Positions 39,698 to 49,163 of a DNA stretch of 64,000 nucleotides are shown here, one piece after another. Below the pieces are notes generated by a model. It searched no databases, was not told where the DNA came from, and worked only from the letters and a program-made list of their open reading frames with translations. Source of the stretch: Candidatus Heimdallarchaeota archaeon (GTDB taxonomy: Archaea; Asgardarchaeota; Heimdallarchaeia; JABLTI01). The stretch spans positions 256,001 through 320,000 of the forward strand of contig JABCTZ010000036.1 in NCBI GenBank assembly GCA_018238155.1, written 5' to 3'. Positions within the stretch are counted from its first letter, which is position 1. Every line of letters begins with the position of its first letter. The position numbers were made by a program, and so were the translations under genes.

Positions 39698-40225
39698 ATG
39701 AAGAAAGGATCTATTATTCTCTTGGTTATAATATTTAATGTTGTATTGGGAGCTTCATTAGTAGCTGTCTATTTTACTACCTTCAATCATAATGAACCTA
39801 ATGAAGAAGCGTGGATTTTAACCATAAAAGGTGATGTAGTTCAAGAACTCAATCTAACAATTAAAGATTTGGAGGTTATGCCGAATATTACTCGAGATTA
39901 CATTGTGCAAGGAACACCAACAACTAATGATACGTATACTGGTGTATCGTTATATTATCTTGTTACAGAAGTTGCCAATATAACTTTAGCAGCAACAATT
40001 AAAGTAATTTCTATTGATTTATTTTCGAATTCACTTTCATTAGACGAAATAAATGCTACACGTGATATAATAATTGCCCACAAAATAAACGGTGATAATA
40101 TTACAAGTCATTCAGATGGTGGGGTCGGACCTTTACGTTTGATTATCCCACAAAAATTTGAAGGAGAATATAACGGTCAATATTGTGTTAAATTTGTTGT
40201 AGAAATAAAAATAACTTTGTTGTAA
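39698..40225 (+). CDS. Membrane-anchored protein with sulfite-oxidase-type molybdopterin-binding fold (Oxidored_molyb-like)
   Basis: N-terminal TM; W.LTI.G.V, YTGVSL, IIIAHKING, GPLRLIIP, VKFV. No Cys at the Mo-ligand position. Confidence 0.75.
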   Translation: MKKGSIILLVIIFNVVLGASLVAVYFTTFNHNEPNEEAWILTIKGDVVQELNLTIKDLEVMPNITRDYIVQGTPTTNDTYTGVSLYYLVTEVANITLAATIKVISIDLFSNSLSLDEINATRDIIIAHKINGDNITSHSDGGVGPLRLIIPQKFEGEYNGQYCVKFVVEIKITLL

Positions 40226-40230
40226 AATTA

Positions 40231-40851
40231 TTGGAGATACCAATATTGAAACGATTCAATACCTTTGATTTAATAATGATTGCTCTGATGGCTGCATTAG
40301 GTCTAGGTACAAAACAACTGGTTCGTCCATTGGTTTCTCTAATAACTATTCCCTTGTTAATTCCCGGAGGAGCTTTAGCAGGTGGATTCTATATGCTATG
40401 GTTAGTACTAACTAAAAGATTTGTACCGAAATTTGGTTCTGGAATATTTTTTGGCTTAGTTCAAGCATTAGTTGTTATGATTATGCCTTTTGGGTCACAT
40501 GGCATTTTCACATTCATTACCTATTCAATGCCTGGTTTAGCTGTAGATCTTATTGAAATAATCTTTAGAAAAATGAAATCAAAATGGCTGACATCTATGC
40601 TTGAAGGTGCTCTATCTAATTTAGTGGGAACAATTGCAGTTTCAAGTATAATATTTGAATTATCTGTTGAAGTTTTACTCTTCGTAGGTTTATTAGCACT
40701 CTTTTCTGGTAATATTGGCGGAATAACTGCTTATTTAATTATTTCTCAAATTAAAGATCCATTAATTCAAGAATCAATTATAGAGAACCCATCTTTACAA
40801 ATGGAAAAAGAGGATCTACCTCATAGTGAAGTAGTTACCGAAATGAGTTGA
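40231..40851 (+). CDS. ECF transporter S (substrate-binding) component
   Basis: ~6 TM helices, N-terminal FDLIMIALMAAL (AxxxA motif), PKFGSG. The start may be TTG 40246. Confidence 0.8.
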   Translation: MEIPILKRFNTFDLIMIALMAALGLGTKQLVRPLVSLITIPLLIPGGALAGGFYMLWLVLTKRFVPKFGSGIFFGLVQALVVMIMPFGSHGIFTFITYSMPGLAVDLIEIIFRKMKSKWLTSMLEGALSNLVGTIAVSSIIFELSVEVLLFVGLLALFSGNIGGITAYLIISQIKDPLIQESIIENPSLQMEKEDLPHSEVVTEMS

Positions 40852-42426
40852 TTATAGCTCATCAAAAACTAGTTTTCCATTGAAAATTGTTCCAAGAACT
40901 TTTGTTTCTTTAATTTTCATAGGATCAATGTTTAGAATATCCTGATCTAGAATTACAAAATCAGCTAGTTTTCCAATTTCAATTGAACCTTTAATTTTCT
41001 CTTCAAAAGATGAATAAGCAGCACCAAGTGTGAAATAGTATAATGCTTCTTCTGCAGATATTCTTATAGCATCTATTGGATGTGCGGCAACAGACCATAT
41101 ACCAAGCAATGGATCTAAAGGCATATTATCAGAACCAAAGCACAATTTCGTCTTTTCATCAATTATTTTTCTAAATCTATTCAATAATTTATATCTCTCT
41201 GGTCCCAATTTGGTTTCATATAATTGTCCGGGTTGTCCCCATCTTCCGGGGAAATTTGGTTGCATTGATAAAACTAATCCTAAATCATTTACCTTTTTCA
41301 ATTGTTCATCCAAAAGGTATTCAGCATGTTCAATTCGATGCCGACCCTTTCTGACAAGTTCTGGATTGTTTATTTCTTCAAATGCTTTCAATACAAAATC
41401 TATTGCTTCGTCACCAATTGCATGTATAGCTGTTTGCCAATCATTTTCAATTGCAGTTCGAACGGTTTCATGGAAAACTTTCTCTTCAATGTAGAATCCA
41501 CCTTTAGTCGTTGTATCGTCAAAATATGGCTCCTTAAGTGCAGCAGTTCTTGCACCTATAGAACCATCAGTAAATATTTTCACTCCACCAATACGAAGAA
41601 TATCATCTCCAAATCCTGTTTTAATACCTGTATTGATGTAATTGTTAAACCGTAACCGAGGAACATTCATGTACACTCGAATTGTAAGTTCATTTCTTTT
41701 CCAAGCAGAAATATATGATTTTACACTGCGAACAGAAAGATTGTCTGTAACAGAAGTAACTCCAAGTGAATTGGCAAATTCGCAAGCGGTTTTTACTGCT
41801 TCATCTAATTGTTCTTGTGGTTTCTTCAACTTAGGTGAGGTAGCAATTCTATCAATTAGTGTATCTGTTAAAATCCCTAAAGGTCTTTTTGTTACTGGAT
41901 CCAAATCTAAATCCGGATCATCTTTAGCAATTCCTAGTTCTTCTAAGGCAAGACTATTTACTGCAATTAAGTGTCCACACACTCTGCGAATATAACATGG
42001 ATTTTTTGGTGCAATAGCATCCAATTCATCAAGAGTGAGATATCTTTTGTCATCCCAATTACTTTCATCCCATCTTTCACCAAAAATCCAATTTCCAGAA
42101 GGAGTCTTACTTACTTTCAGTAAAATTTCTTCCAGAGCTTCTTTTGGAGACTTTACTTTATTCAGCATAACATCTTTGAATGTTGCACTTATTGCCAGTA
42201 TATGTGTGTGAGTATCGTTGAAACCTGGGCACAGAAATCTACCTTTCAAATCCAAAATTCGTTTCACTTTGGAAAATTTTTCTTTTAGACCTTTTGTAGA
42301 CCCAACGGCGAGTATCATGCCATTTTGTACTGCGATAGCTTCTGCTCGCGGTTGCTTAGAATTTTGAGTGACTATATTTCCATTAATTATTAAGAGATCT
42401 ATTTGAGAGAACAAATTTATTACCAA
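40852..42426 (-). CDS. Amidohydrolase 3 family protein (YtcJ-like)
   Basis: PGFNDTHTH, GVKIFTDGSIGARTA, HAIGD, RHRIEHAE, FGSD, KGSIEIGKLADFVIL. Confidence 0.92.
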   Translation of the reverse strand: MVINLFSQIDLLIINGNIVTQNSKQPRAEAIAVQNGMILAVGSTKGLKEKFSKVKRILDLKGRFLCPGFNDTHTHILAISATFKDVMLNKVKSPKEALEEILLKVSKTPSGNWIFGERWDESNWDDKRYLTLDELDAIAPKNPCYIRRVCGHLIAVNSLALEELGIAKDDPDLDLDPVTKRPLGILTDTLIDRIATSPKLKKPQEQLDEAVKTACEFANSLGVTSVTDNLSVRSVKSYISAWKRNELTIRVYMNVPRLRFNNYINTGIKTGFGDDILRIGGVKIFTDGSIGARTAALKEPYFDDTTTKGGFYIEEKVFHETVRTAIENDWQTAIHAIGDEAIDFVLKAFEEINNPELVRKGRHRIEHAEYLLDEQLKKVNDLGLVLSMQPNFPGRWGQPGQLYETKLGPERYKLLNRFRKIIDEKTKLCFGSDNMPLDPLLGIWSVAAHPIDAIRISAEEALYYFTLGAAYSSFEEKIKGSIEIGKLADFVILDQDILNIDPMKIKETKVLGTIFNGKLVFDEL

Positions 42427-42462
42427 TTATTTGTAGAATTGCATTCTTTTTAGTTTTTCTAA

Positions 42463-43596
42463 TTAATTCAATAATTGATATAATAGTCCAAGCAAGAAAG
42501 CTAGACCAATAAACATGAAAATTCGGATTGCATACCTCATTAGTTGGCTTTGCAATATTTTTCTACTATTTCCAACAACATCCAATGATGGAACCTTTGG
42601 AGCATTATAATTGCTAATCAGCTCATTGATTAATTTTATAGTTTCGTTATTCCCATGATGAGAATATATTTTTTCATATAAATTTTGAGAAATGAAAAAT
42701 TCTTTGACCATTTCTGGATCAATATCTTCTTTTTCTAATTCTGCCTCTATTCTGCTAAAAATTTCTGAAAGAGCAAATTTATTATTGTTTTTAAAAGAAA
42801 GCTCAATTAGTACTGTAATGCCCGCCGGAGGAATCTTTTGAATCATTCTTTTCAAATATTGGATTTCCTTTTGATCATCTACAACAGAAGAAAGTTTGTA
42901 TTCTAAATCGGTTGTAGATAATTTTAAACAAGTAGTTATTTCCTTTTCAAAACCATATGGAATGGATAATGGTTGAAAGGCTTGAATATGCAAAATTCCT
43001 TGAAATAGTTCGTCAGATAGTGTTTCTTTTTTATAGTTTCTAATAAATTTTAGAGCGATATCCAATGCTTGAATTTCACCTGATAAAGAGAACCTATACA
43101 GAGCTGCTAGAAGCTTCTTTTCTTCAGAGAATCTAAAGAAAACGGCTTCCTCTAGAAATCTACCAAAGAAAAGAAGAAAAATGATTTCTAAACAACCAAT
43201 CATCAAACTAAATTCTAATTCTACAACATTAAATATCACACCAATAAAGAGGAGAATAAAAATTATTGTAGAAACAACATAACTAGTAACCAGTATTGCA
43301 TTCAAAATTCTAGTTCGTTTACAAATAGAGCATTCCAAACTTTCAAAATTGCCTAATATATTTGGTGATGATGAGGTTTTCTCCTTAATTCTTTCAAATC
43401 TTGATGGTTTAATGTGAATAGGAAAACCACATTTTTCACAACGTGCAATTGGTGATTGATTATTTTGTTGATTTTCAAGCAATTTCTTTTCATTCTCAAT
43501 AATTCGTTTAGTAACAAAAAGTCTTTGGTGATTTTCTTTACTATCAATTTTAGTATCAATCATCACTTCTTGGCAATAATCATCGGTCAATTTCAC
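42463..43596 (-). CDS. Hypothetical membrane protein with split zinc ribbon
   Basis: CEKC...CSIC, two TM helices, helical domain, C-terminal TM. Confidence 0.6.
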   Translation of the reverse strand: MKLTDDYCQEVMIDTKIDSKENHQRLFVTKRIIENEKKLLENQQNNQSPIARCEKCGFPIHIKPSRFERIKEKTSSSPNILGNFESLECSICKRTRILNAILVTSYVVSTIIFILLFIGVIFNVVELEFSLMIGCLEIIFLLFFGRFLEEAVFFRFSEEKKLLAALYRFSLSGEIQALDIALKFIRNYKKETLSDELFQGILHIQAFQPLSIPYGFEKEITTCLKLSTTDLEYKLSSVVDDQKEIQYLKRMIQKIPPAGITVLIELSFKNNNKFALSEIFSRIEAELEKEDIDPEMVKEFFISQNLYEKIYSHHGNNETIKLINELISNYNAPKVPSLDVVGNSRKILQSQLMRYAIRIFMFIGLAFLLGLLYQLLN

Positions 43597-43643
43597 AACA
43601 TCCTCTCTATCAAATGTTTAGTAAAAGTGTTTAAAAAAACATT

Positions 43644-43904
43644 TCACCTATCACTAGATTGCAGTTTCAAAATTTCCAAAGCTTTTCCAAGAACTTTTTC
43701 TGAAGAAAGTAAACTGTCAAAAGTAGAGCTATCATCTAATGAATCCTCAATTGTTTGAACAAAATCTACAAATTCAGGTGATTCTAGTAACTTTTTAATT
43801 TCTTTTTCTGATTTGGTGCTAATTTTTTGTTTTAAATCCTTAGTAGAATTTTCCTCATTAGTAATGAGAAGGTCTCGTAAGTTTTTCTCAGACATATTTA
43901 TCAC
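43644..43904 (-). CDS. Hypothetical protein
   Basis: 86-aa helical ORF co-directional with the downstream gene. Confidence 0.5.
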   Translation of the reverse strand: MINMSEKNLRDLLITNEENSTKDLKQKISTKSEKEIKKLLESPEFVDFVQTIEDSLDDSSTFDSLLSSEKVLGKALEILKLQSSDR

Positions 43905-44076
43905 AAGATATTCATTAGAATAATATTAAAACACCACAATCATGATAAACTTGGAATTTTTTATCATAGTGTGTTTATTATTTCCTCAACTGATATTTTT
44001 ATAAAGTGCAATTGCTTTCGTATGAAATCATTGATATATTTGTGAAATAAGACTACAATGAAACTATTAGCATAAT

Positions 44077-44628
44077 TTGAAGTTTGGAGTAATAAATGTG
44101 AAACTATTAGCAAAAGTTGTCTTAGCGGGAGATGGAGGAGTAGGAAAAACTACATTAATTCATCGATACATCACAAATAGTTTTATCGATTCCACTAAAA
44201 TAACAATCGGTGCTGCTTTTCATACGCACGAAATAGAAACAGAAGAACATAGCGTTTTAGTTCAAATATGGGATTTAGGTGGTCAAGAGCAATTTAAACA
44301 GATGGGCATTTTTGACAGATATTTCAAAGGTACCTCAGTTTCAGTTATTATGTTTGATCTAACTCGATTAAGTACAATTGAAAGTATCTATGAATGGGCT
44401 GATTTGGCTTTAGGTGCAAGTAACACTAAGATAATTCTTGTAGGTGGAAAAAAAGATTTAGCAGGTGGTATTATCTTTAATGAAGAAACATTCCCTGAGT
44501 TGTTTGAAAAATACGATTTCATTTCTTATCATGAAACATCATCAGCAACTGGAGAAGGTGTTCCTGAAGTTTTTCAATCAATTGCACAAACTATAATTGA
44601 TTTAACATTGGAGAAAAAATCTCTATAA
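44077..44628 (+). CDS. Rab-like small GTPase
   Basis: GDGGVGKT, TIG, WDLGGQ, atypical G4 GGKKD, TSSATG. The start may be GTG 44098. Confidence 0.9.
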   Translation: MKFGVINVKLLAKVVLAGDGGVGKTTLIHRYITNSFIDSTKITIGAAFHTHEIETEEHSVLVQIWDLGGQEQFKQMGIFDRYFKGTSVSVIMFDLTRLSTIESIYEWADLALGASNTKIILVGGKKDLAGGIIFNEETFPELFEKYDFISYHETSSATGEGVPEVFQSIAQTIIDLTLEKKSL

Positions 44629-44774
44629 ATCGATTATTTATCAAAGTTATTCAATTTAACATTAAATAGTATTTTAAAGTATTAATTATTTATAAATACG
44701 ATAATTATATATTGTAGAAGAACTAGATTCAATCGAAAATTACCTAAGTAAGAACAATTTGGAGATTCAATAGA

Positions 44775-45554
44775 ATGCCTACAAGTCCAGTAATTCAAGA
44801 ATTGAAATCAATTATAAGCTCAATTATATCACAAGGAAAAACTGGTAACATGCGGGCAGTTGTACAATCTCTTCATGAATTTGAAAAAAGGACAAAACAC
44901 AAAAAGAATGATCCTGCAATTCAAGTATTATCAGCACAAGCTTATCGGCATTCTTTAGAACCATTTGGTGTTGCCAAGAAATTCAAAGATGTTGAACTGA
45001 TGATAATAAAAATAGAACACCTTCTGAAAGAAAATCCAACATCTGAGGATATGCAAGAGATTTTCAGTGAAGCATTGAATGCTGCGATTTATCATTACAT
45101 AATGAATGAAAAGGAAAAGGAAATTCATCAAACTTTGACACGCCTCGGTGAATTTGCAAATAAAAATCAAGTAAATCCATTCGTACAATTTAATTACGCA
45201 ATGTCTCTTTCTAGAGTGGCAGAATATTTTGTGTCAAAGGAAAATAAAGAAGTTGCTTACAATATCTTATGGGAAATTATTGGTATAGTAACGTTCTATC
45301 CTGGAAAAGAAATCTTAACACAAGTTAGCGAAGGATTATTACAATGTGTGAAAATTGCTGGTGGTAGACTAACTATGATTGAATTAGATGATTTAGCTAA
45401 TCGAATTGATGAATTCATAAATTTCACAAACGAATTTGGAATTCAACAAAAATTAACTACTTGTCAGGGACTAATTGTTCAATTTGTTGCTGGATTACGA
45501 ATGAGAAACGGATATAGTCCTGATGGGAAACTACAAAGAATCTACAAGAAATAG
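44775..45554 (+). CDS. Hypothetical all-alpha (solenoid-like) protein
   Basis: GGAG SD; repeated amphipathic helix pairs. Confidence 0.6.
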   Translation: MPTSPVIQELKSIISSIISQGKTGNMRAVVQSLHEFEKRTKHKKNDPAIQVLSAQAYRHSLEPFGVAKKFKDVELMIIKIEHLLKENPTSEDMQEIFSEALNAAIYHYIMNEKEKEIHQTLTRLGEFANKNQVNPFVQFNYAMSLSRVAEYFVSKENKEVAYNILWEIIGIVTFYPGKEILTQVSEGLLQCVKIAGGRLTMIELDDLANRIDEFINFTNEFGIQQKLTTCQGLIVQFVAGLRMRNGYSPDGKLQRIYKK

Positions 45555-45567
45555 TTTGATTATCAAT

Positions 45568-46389
45568 CTAGGCACTTTTTTCAAGCATTTGATGTAATAT
45601 TGATTCTAGATGGGCTATTTGAACAATACCTACTAAATGCCTTCCTCCTGCGATAATTGTCGGATAGGCAGTAACTCCATACGCATCTACTATTTGAGGG
45701 TCGGTTTCTGCATCAATCGTTTCAACCTCTAAAGCAAACTTTTTAGCAACTTTCTCAATGTGATTTAAAGCAACTTTTGACCATGCATCTCCTTTCTTAA
45801 CAAAGAAGAGAATCTTAGTAGATATTTTTTCAATAATTTTCGGTGAAATATCAGGGATAGGAATAACACCTGACACAATTTGTTGAATAATTAAATTAAA
45901 AGCAGCATCAACATTTGTATCTGTTTTTGCACTTGTGAAAATCAAATTAGCTTTTGCTGCGGGAGTATCACCTAGAGTTTTTAGATTAAAAGATAATGGG
46001 AGTTGCTTTGTTTGTGCTAAATCGAGTTTAGTTCCAACTAAAATTACCGGAACATCCTTTTGGTTATTAGCCGTTCTAAGATCTTCATACCAACCTGATA
46101 AATTGTTAAACGTTTCAGGTTTAGTTAAGTCATAAGTTAATAGAGCTCCAGATGCCCCTTGCAAGTATCGCAAACCAATTTTCCGTCTGCTCTTTTGTCC
46201 TGCGATATCCCAAATCATTAATTTTACTTCTGCATCCGGGTATTCAAAAGTTCTAACATAAAAATTTAAACCCAAAGTGGTCATATAATCTCTGTGAAAT
46301 CTATCGTAAATATATCTTTGAACTAAACTTGTTTTACCTACTCCCGGATCGCCAAGTAAAACGATTTTTCTTTGGTACAATTTTGTCAA
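45568..46389 (-). CDS. Rab-like small GTPase fused to a C-terminal thioredoxin-like domain
   Basis: GDPGVGKT, TLG, WDIAGQ, TKLD, TSAK; C-terminal ...IDAETDPQIVDAYGVTAYPTII...G. Confidence 0.85.
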   Translation of the reverse strand: MTKLYQRKIVLLGDPGVGKTSLVQRYIYDRFHRDYMTTLGLNFYVRTFEYPDAEVKLMIWDIAGQKSRRKIGLRYLQGASGALLTYDLTKPETFNNLSGWYEDLRTANNQKDVPVILVGTKLDLAQTKQLPLSFNLKTLGDTPAAKANLIFTSAKTDTNVDAAFNLIIQQIVSGVIPIPDISPKIIEKISTKILFFVKKGDAWSKVALNHIEKVAKKFALEVETIDAETDPQIVDAYGVTAYPTIIAGGRHLVGIVQIAHLESILHQMLEKSA

Positions 46390-46460
46390 TAGATTCCAAC
46401 CTTATTAAGAAAGGAGTTCTAATTCCTTTTGTAAGTTTTGTTCTATACAACTAATAAATA

Positions 46461-47414
46461 CTAGTTTACTACTGTGGTAATTTCACATCCATTCTCAGTA
46501 ATAATAATTGTATGCTCGGCTTGAGCAACGGGGGTTTGACTTTTGCTAACTAACATAGGATACCGGGTCAATGTTTTATAAGAAATTAATTCTTTTAATG
46601 CTTCAAACAATCTTGTTTGGGACATTAGCTCTTTTAACCAGCGAAGAGCAAAAGGTAAATTACTATATTGTTCAATAAAATTAAGGATTGTTTTAGAATC
46701 CTTAGATTTTGCTTTTGAACCTATTTTTGAAAAAATATAGCTATATGATTCATCATAAATCTTCTCAGAGCCTTGTGATGTGGTTACAAAAGGTTCAATT
46801 GCTAAAACTTGTCCCACTTTTAATTTCGGTCCAAAAAAACCAAATTTAGGTTTTGAATTCGGAATACTAATGCCTGAGTGAAGTTTCCAACGTTCAATGA
46901 CATGCCCGGTTAGATCTGTTATTGGGATCAATCCTTCTCCACGAATTGTGGATTCAATTATTTCACCAATTTCCCCAGGACGAACACCAGGTTGAGCGAA
47001 TGCAATTGCTTTTTCCAAAGCTTTTTCTGCTACTTTTCTAAGTTGTAAGTGTTTTTTAGATCCTCCTACAGAAAAGGTTCTAGCATGATCAGAAATATAA
47101 CCATCAATATGTGCTCCTAAATCAATTTTAACAATTGCTCTTTCTGGTAAAATTAAAGAATCGTCAATAGGGGAAGTGTAGTGAGCTGCTATTTGATTCA
47201 CTGAAACGTTAACTGGAAATGCAGGCTCTGCAGAATGACTCTTTATGTCCCTCTCGAGAGAGTTGCAAATAATTTCCAACTTCCTATTTTTAGAAACAAG
47301 CCTCTTTGCTCTTCTCATAACAAGAGCAGCAATTCGTCCTGCTTCTCTGTATTTTTCTAATTCTTCATCATTTAATAGTGACACAGATGGATTCGCCTCT
47401 AAAACAGAAACCAC
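46461..47414 (-). CDS. map: Methionine aminopeptidase, type II
   Basis: AFPVNVSVN.IAAHYT, KIDLGAHIDGYISD, LTGH, AIEPF, LPFALRW insert, AQAEHTI. Confidence 0.95.
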   Translation of the reverse strand: MVSVLEANPSVSLLNDEELEKYREAGRIAALVMRRAKRLVSKNRKLEIICNSLERDIKSHSAEPAFPVNVSVNQIAAHYTSPIDDSLILPERAIVKIDLGAHIDGYISDHARTFSVGGSKKHLQLRKVAEKALEKAIAFAQPGVRPGEIGEIIESTIRGEGLIPITDLTGHVIERWKLHSGISIPNSKPKFGFFGPKLKVGQVLAIEPFVTTSQGSEKIYDESYSYIFSKIGSKAKSKDSKTILNFIEQYSNLPFALRWLKELMSQTRLFEALKELISYKTLTRYPMLVSKSQTPVAQAEHTIIITENGCEITTVVN

Positions 47415-47461
47415 AATACCTACACTGCCTATTTATAGTTTTGTTATCATTCATTTTTTTC

Positions 47462-48304
47462 CTATTTCATAAATAAATTCTTTATCCAGATCCAAGCTAT
47501 CAGAAATAATCTTCTGAGCTCAAATTGTTCTGGAATATTAATGACCATCCAAAATGGTAGAGATACATTGGAAATAACCAAATATAGAAACAAGGCAAAA
47601 AGACCAAGCGATAGCAAAATAACAATAATGTCCCACCATTTCAATTTAATAGAATAGAGAAATGTTCTATTCTTAGTTGCATTCCAACCTCGAGACTCAA
47701 TAGCTTCCGCTAGCTGCCAAGATCGTCTTAAAGCTGTAGCAAAAATTGGTATAAGAAGAGGAATCATATTTCTAACTCGTTTAAACAAATTACCACTATC
47801 AATTTGTAAACCACGAGACTTTTGAGCATCAATTATAATATTCGTTTCTTTTCCCAAAGTAGGGATGAATCTGTAAGCGGTGCTAATTGCCCAAGCAAAG
47901 GCATAAGGAAATCTGAATTTGATGAGTGTTTGCGAAATATCATCTGGGGAGACAGTTTGGAAATATAAGCCAAAGAATCCACTAAGTACAATCAATCTTA
48001 TTCCCAAAACAATTGCTTTTGTAGTTGGATGATCAACTTTTAAGAAAAGAGCATTTAAGACTACTATCAATAGAATAACTGGAGTTAAGAAGAGGAGCGA
48101 TTTTAACCATCGTTTCATGAAATTTCCAAAGAAAATCAAAGGAAGAAGAGCAACTAAAATTATACACAAAGGAATGATTTGATTAAGGTAAATGGCCAGG
48201 CAAGTAATCATAAAAATGAATAGTGTTTTTCCTCGAAGATCAACATAATGCAGAGGTGACTTTTGTTCAAGATAATTAAAATAATCAAGTATTTTTAAGC
48301 TCAT
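47462..48304 (-). CDS. ecfT: ECF transporter transmembrane component T
   Basis: SPLH.VDLRGK, AYRFIP, AQKSRG, AIESRGW. Confidence 0.92.
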   Translation of the reverse strand: MSLKILDYFNYLEQKSPLHYVDLRGKTLFIFMITCLAIYLNQIIPLCIILVALLPLIFFGNFMKRWLKSLLFLTPVILLIVVLNALFLKVDHPTTKAIVLGIRLIVLSGFFGLYFQTVSPDDISQTLIKFRFPYAFAWAISTAYRFIPTLGKETNIIIDAQKSRGLQIDSGNLFKRVRNMIPLLIPIFATALRRSWQLAEAIESRGWNATKNRTFLYSIKLKWWDIIVILLSLGLFALFLYLVISNVSLPFWMVINIPEQFELRRLFLIAWIWIKNLFMK

Positions 48305-48311
48305 ATCTTTG

Positions 48312-49160
48312 TCACCTACTTATTTTTTGCTGTTTTGAAAGCATAGTAAGTATATTTTCATATACTTCTTGTTCATTAATTGAGGTAGCAAAAGTGTCAT
48401 CAATTTGTTGAATTGAATAACACAAATCCAGTAATAGAGGGCTAACTAAATCAGTATCTTGAAGGAGAACTTTATCGGATAATATTTTGGTAGTCCCACC
48501 ATCAGCAATGACTTTTCCTTTTGAGAGTACAATAGCCCTTGGGATAAAATCTAAAATGAAATCCATATCATGAGAAACAACGACTACAGTAATTCCTTCT
48601 TTAGTTAGTTTTTTCAAGAATGAACCTAATTGTTTCTTCTGGCGATAATCCTGACCATAGGTTGGTTCATCCAGAACTAGAATTTGTTGGTTCATTGTTA
48701 AAACAGAAGCAATAGATACTAAACGCCTTTCTCCTCCTGATAATTCAAAAGGACTTCTCTCCAATAAATGTTCTATTTGAAAGATATCAATTAAACTTTT
48801 AATTGTAGCATCTCGAACTGATTCTTCTATCTTTAGATTTTTAGGCCCAAATTCAAGTTCTTTTATAACATTTTGAGCAAATAATTGATGATTAGGATTT
48901 TGAAAAGAGAAACCAATAATGGAAGCCATTTTTGATATTGGTTCTTTAACTATATCTAAACCATTTATTCTAACAATTCCTTCATTTGGTTTTAATAAAC
49001 CGTTGAAATGCTTTATTAGAGTAGTTTTTCCGGCACCATTTTTTCCTACTATTGCTACAAAATCTGCTTTGTTAATTTTAAATGTGATATCGTTTAGAAC
49101 GTACTCAGTTTTCGAATCATATTTGAAGGAAACATTCTCAAACTCTATCATCAATTTCAC
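48312..49160 (-). CDS. ecfA2: ECF transporter ATPase (EcfA2)
   Basis: GKNGAGKT, FQNPNHQLF, SPFELSGGE, LDEPTYGQD. Confidence 0.92.
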   Translation of the reverse strand: MKLMIEFENVSFKYDSKTEYVLNDITFKINKADFVAIVGKNGAGKTTLIKHFNGLLKPNEGIVRINGLDIVKEPISKMASIIGFSFQNPNHQLFAQNVIKELEFGPKNLKIEESVRDATIKSLIDIFQIEHLLERSPFELSGGERRLVSIASVLTMNQQILVLDEPTYGQDYRQKKQLGSFLKKLTKEGITVVVVSHDMDFILDFIPRAIVLSKGKVIADGGTTKILSDKVLLQDTDLVSPLLLDLCYSIQQIDDTFATSINEQEVYENILTMLSKQQKISR

Positions 49161-49163
49161 CAG

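Noticed and set aside
39698-40225. Active sulfite oxidase/MsrP-type enzyme
   Set aside because: No Cys at the Mo-ligand position, no Tat motif and no partner cytochrome gene.
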